From positions 22,816,001-22,880,000 of the forward strand of contig JAGIQG010000028.1 of the NCBI GenBank assembly GCA_024679065.1: 64,000 bases of DNA. Direction: 5' to 3'. Positions 62,505-64,000 of the stretch are shown piece by piece. Numbering within the stretch: position 1 is the stretch's first letter; each line of letters begins with the position of its first letter. The notes under the pieces were generated by a model. The model saw only the letters and a list, made by a program, of their open reading frames with translations, did no database searches and was not told the origin of the DNA. Origin of the DNA: Sphyrna mokarran. Its lineage: Eukaryota. The position numbers and the translations under genes are program-made.

Positions 62505-62985
62505 TTTGATTTGATTTATTATTGTCACAGGGACACAGTGAAAAGTATTGTTTCTTGCGTGCTGTACAGACAAAGCATACCGTTCATAGGGGAGAATGAA
62601 AGGAGAGACAGCAGTGTTAGTCATAACAAAAGAATAGAGAGGGATCAGCTTAATATAAGGTAGGTCGATTCAAGAGTCTGACAGCAGCAGGGAAGAAGCT
62701 GTTCTTGAGTCGGTTGATAGATGACCTCAGACGTGACAGAAGAAGGTGGAAGAGAGAATGTCCGGAGTACATGGGGTCCTTGATTATGCTGGCTGTTTTG
62801 CCAAGCTAGTCAGTAGATGGAAGGCTGGTTTGCATAATGGACTGGGCTTTGTTCATGACTATTTATAGTTTCTTGTAATCTTGGGCAGAGCAGGAGCCAT
62901 ACCAAGCTGCGATACATCCAGAAAGGATGCTTTCCATGGGTGCATCTGTAAAAATTGGTGAGATTCATAGCAGACATGATTATTA
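62505..62985 (-). mobile_element. Rex1/Babar-like LINE 3' fragment
   Basis: Reverse of CAAGAACAGCTTCTTCCCTGCTG and a (AATCA)-type tail; related pieces at about 36520-36720 and 50250-50390. Confidence 0.6.
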
Positions 62986-63073
62986 TAGCTGTCAGTGCGA
63001 AGCACTAATTAGTGCAAGGGGCCCAGTAGCAGCAACATTTGTAAATTGTAGTCAGGAGAAGAAGCATCATTAG

Positions 63074-63076
<3 letters not shown>

Positions 63077-63112
<36 letters not shown>
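63077..63112. repeat. (GT)18 microsatellite
   Basis: Perfect dinucleotide run. Confidence 0.95.
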
Positions 63113-63114
<2 letters not shown>

Positions 63115-63609
63115 TGGGGGTGGGGAAGGACTATTGTAGCAGAGACCAGTGTAAGACCCAAAAAGCATGGTGAGTATAAGGAGTCCCCAACAGCAGTGGC
63201 ATGAAGAACCACAGTCACAGAAGGTCAGTTCTCCTTTTGGAATGGAGCAGGAGAGCTGTGTGTGGAGTCATGAAAACATTTACAAAACACTACAGTGGCT
63301 TCAAATGGTAGAACACTCAAGCTACTTCCATTTAACTAACTGAGTGATAAATAGTGCAGATGCTGGAAATCTGAATTAAAACAGAAAATGCTGCAAAAAC
63401 AGGTCTGTCAGCGTCTGTGGAGAGAGAGACCGAGTTAATGTTTTGAATCAGGATAACTCTCTGTTTTTATCCTACAGGTGCTTTGGTCCACCTTGTTGTC
63501 TAATGAGGGGCATACACACGATGGGTCGTGAGAGGGCTGCTCTTGGATTTTTTTTTCGAGAGTATCCTAGTGCTTCACGTCGTTAATGTACGCTTGACCT
63601 GGACCATTT

Positions 63610-63930
63610 GATGGGCAACACGACAGCTCAGTGACTATCGCTGTGCTGTGCAGATACATGGATTTGGGCCTGTGTCTGTGGGAGTTTGCGCATTCTCCCC
63701 GTGCTTGCGTGGGTTTTCTCCGGGTGCTCCGGTTTCCTCCCACATCCCAAAGATGTGCTCTTAGGCTAATTGGCAAAACAAATTCTCCCTAAATTGTCTC
63801 AAATTTGGTTTTTAATCCATAGATCTATAAACATGGACAGGGATCGCGGGTAGAGGTGGGAACATCGGGGTGGCGGTGCGGGTTCGTTGGGCCGAAGGGC
63901 CTGTTTCCTGTGCTGTTTTGTTCTTTGTTC
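63610..63930 (+). mobile_element. V-SINE with a third tail variant
   Basis: Clean V-domain (GGAGTTTGCGCATTCTCCCCGTG...CCGGTTTCCTCCCAC) with tail GGGCCGAAGGGCCTGTTTCCTGTGCTGT. Confidence 0.75.
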
Positions 63931-64000
63931 CTTCAGAAATCTGATGAAATCACAAGGACTCGAATCTCTGTGGATGCTGCTGTTTCTTTCCAGTATTGTT

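Noticed and set aside
63455-63520. Acceptor-like TTTTTATCCTACAG/GTG as SLC25A34 exon 2
   Set aside because: The following sequence (VLWSTLLSN...) does not resemble the expected [VI]KTxLQ continuation; exon 2 is probably beyond the window.

Overview
Eukaryotic (vertebrate) genomic DNA, almost certainly from a cartilaginous fish (shark), judged from its HE1/V-SINE-type and CR1/HER1-type repeats. The window holds a complete 20-exon PLEKHM2 (SKIP) gene on the + strand. I assembled it by hand: CDS 3249..50767, 3093 nt, 1030 aa plus stop, all introns GT-AG with consistent phases. It has a CpG-rich promoter at about 2.8-3.4 kb and probably a long 3' UTR ending near 57.6 kb. Next comes the first coding exon (59177..59581) of an SLC25A34/SLC25A35-family mitochondrial carrier, in the position SLC25A34 occupies next to PLEKHM2 in human. 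Introns and intergenic DNA are filled with decayed SINEs, LINEs, Penelope relics and MITEs. Nearly all ORFs in the supplied track are spurious or partial exon read-throughs. I found no wholly new gene system. The best leads are regulatory or evolutionary: (1) a 60-nt cassette exon carrying the second kinesin-1-binding W-acidic motif, with two downstream RBFOX sites; (2) a carrier gene mixing SLC25A34 and SLC25A35 signatures; (3) a helically phased 4x19-bp promoter array; (4) an overlapping uORF; (5) tandem Pumilio sites at a distal poly(A) signal; (6) hammerhead-ribozyme-like Penelope relics. Homology calls come from recalled sequences, not database searches, and repeat boundaries are approximate.
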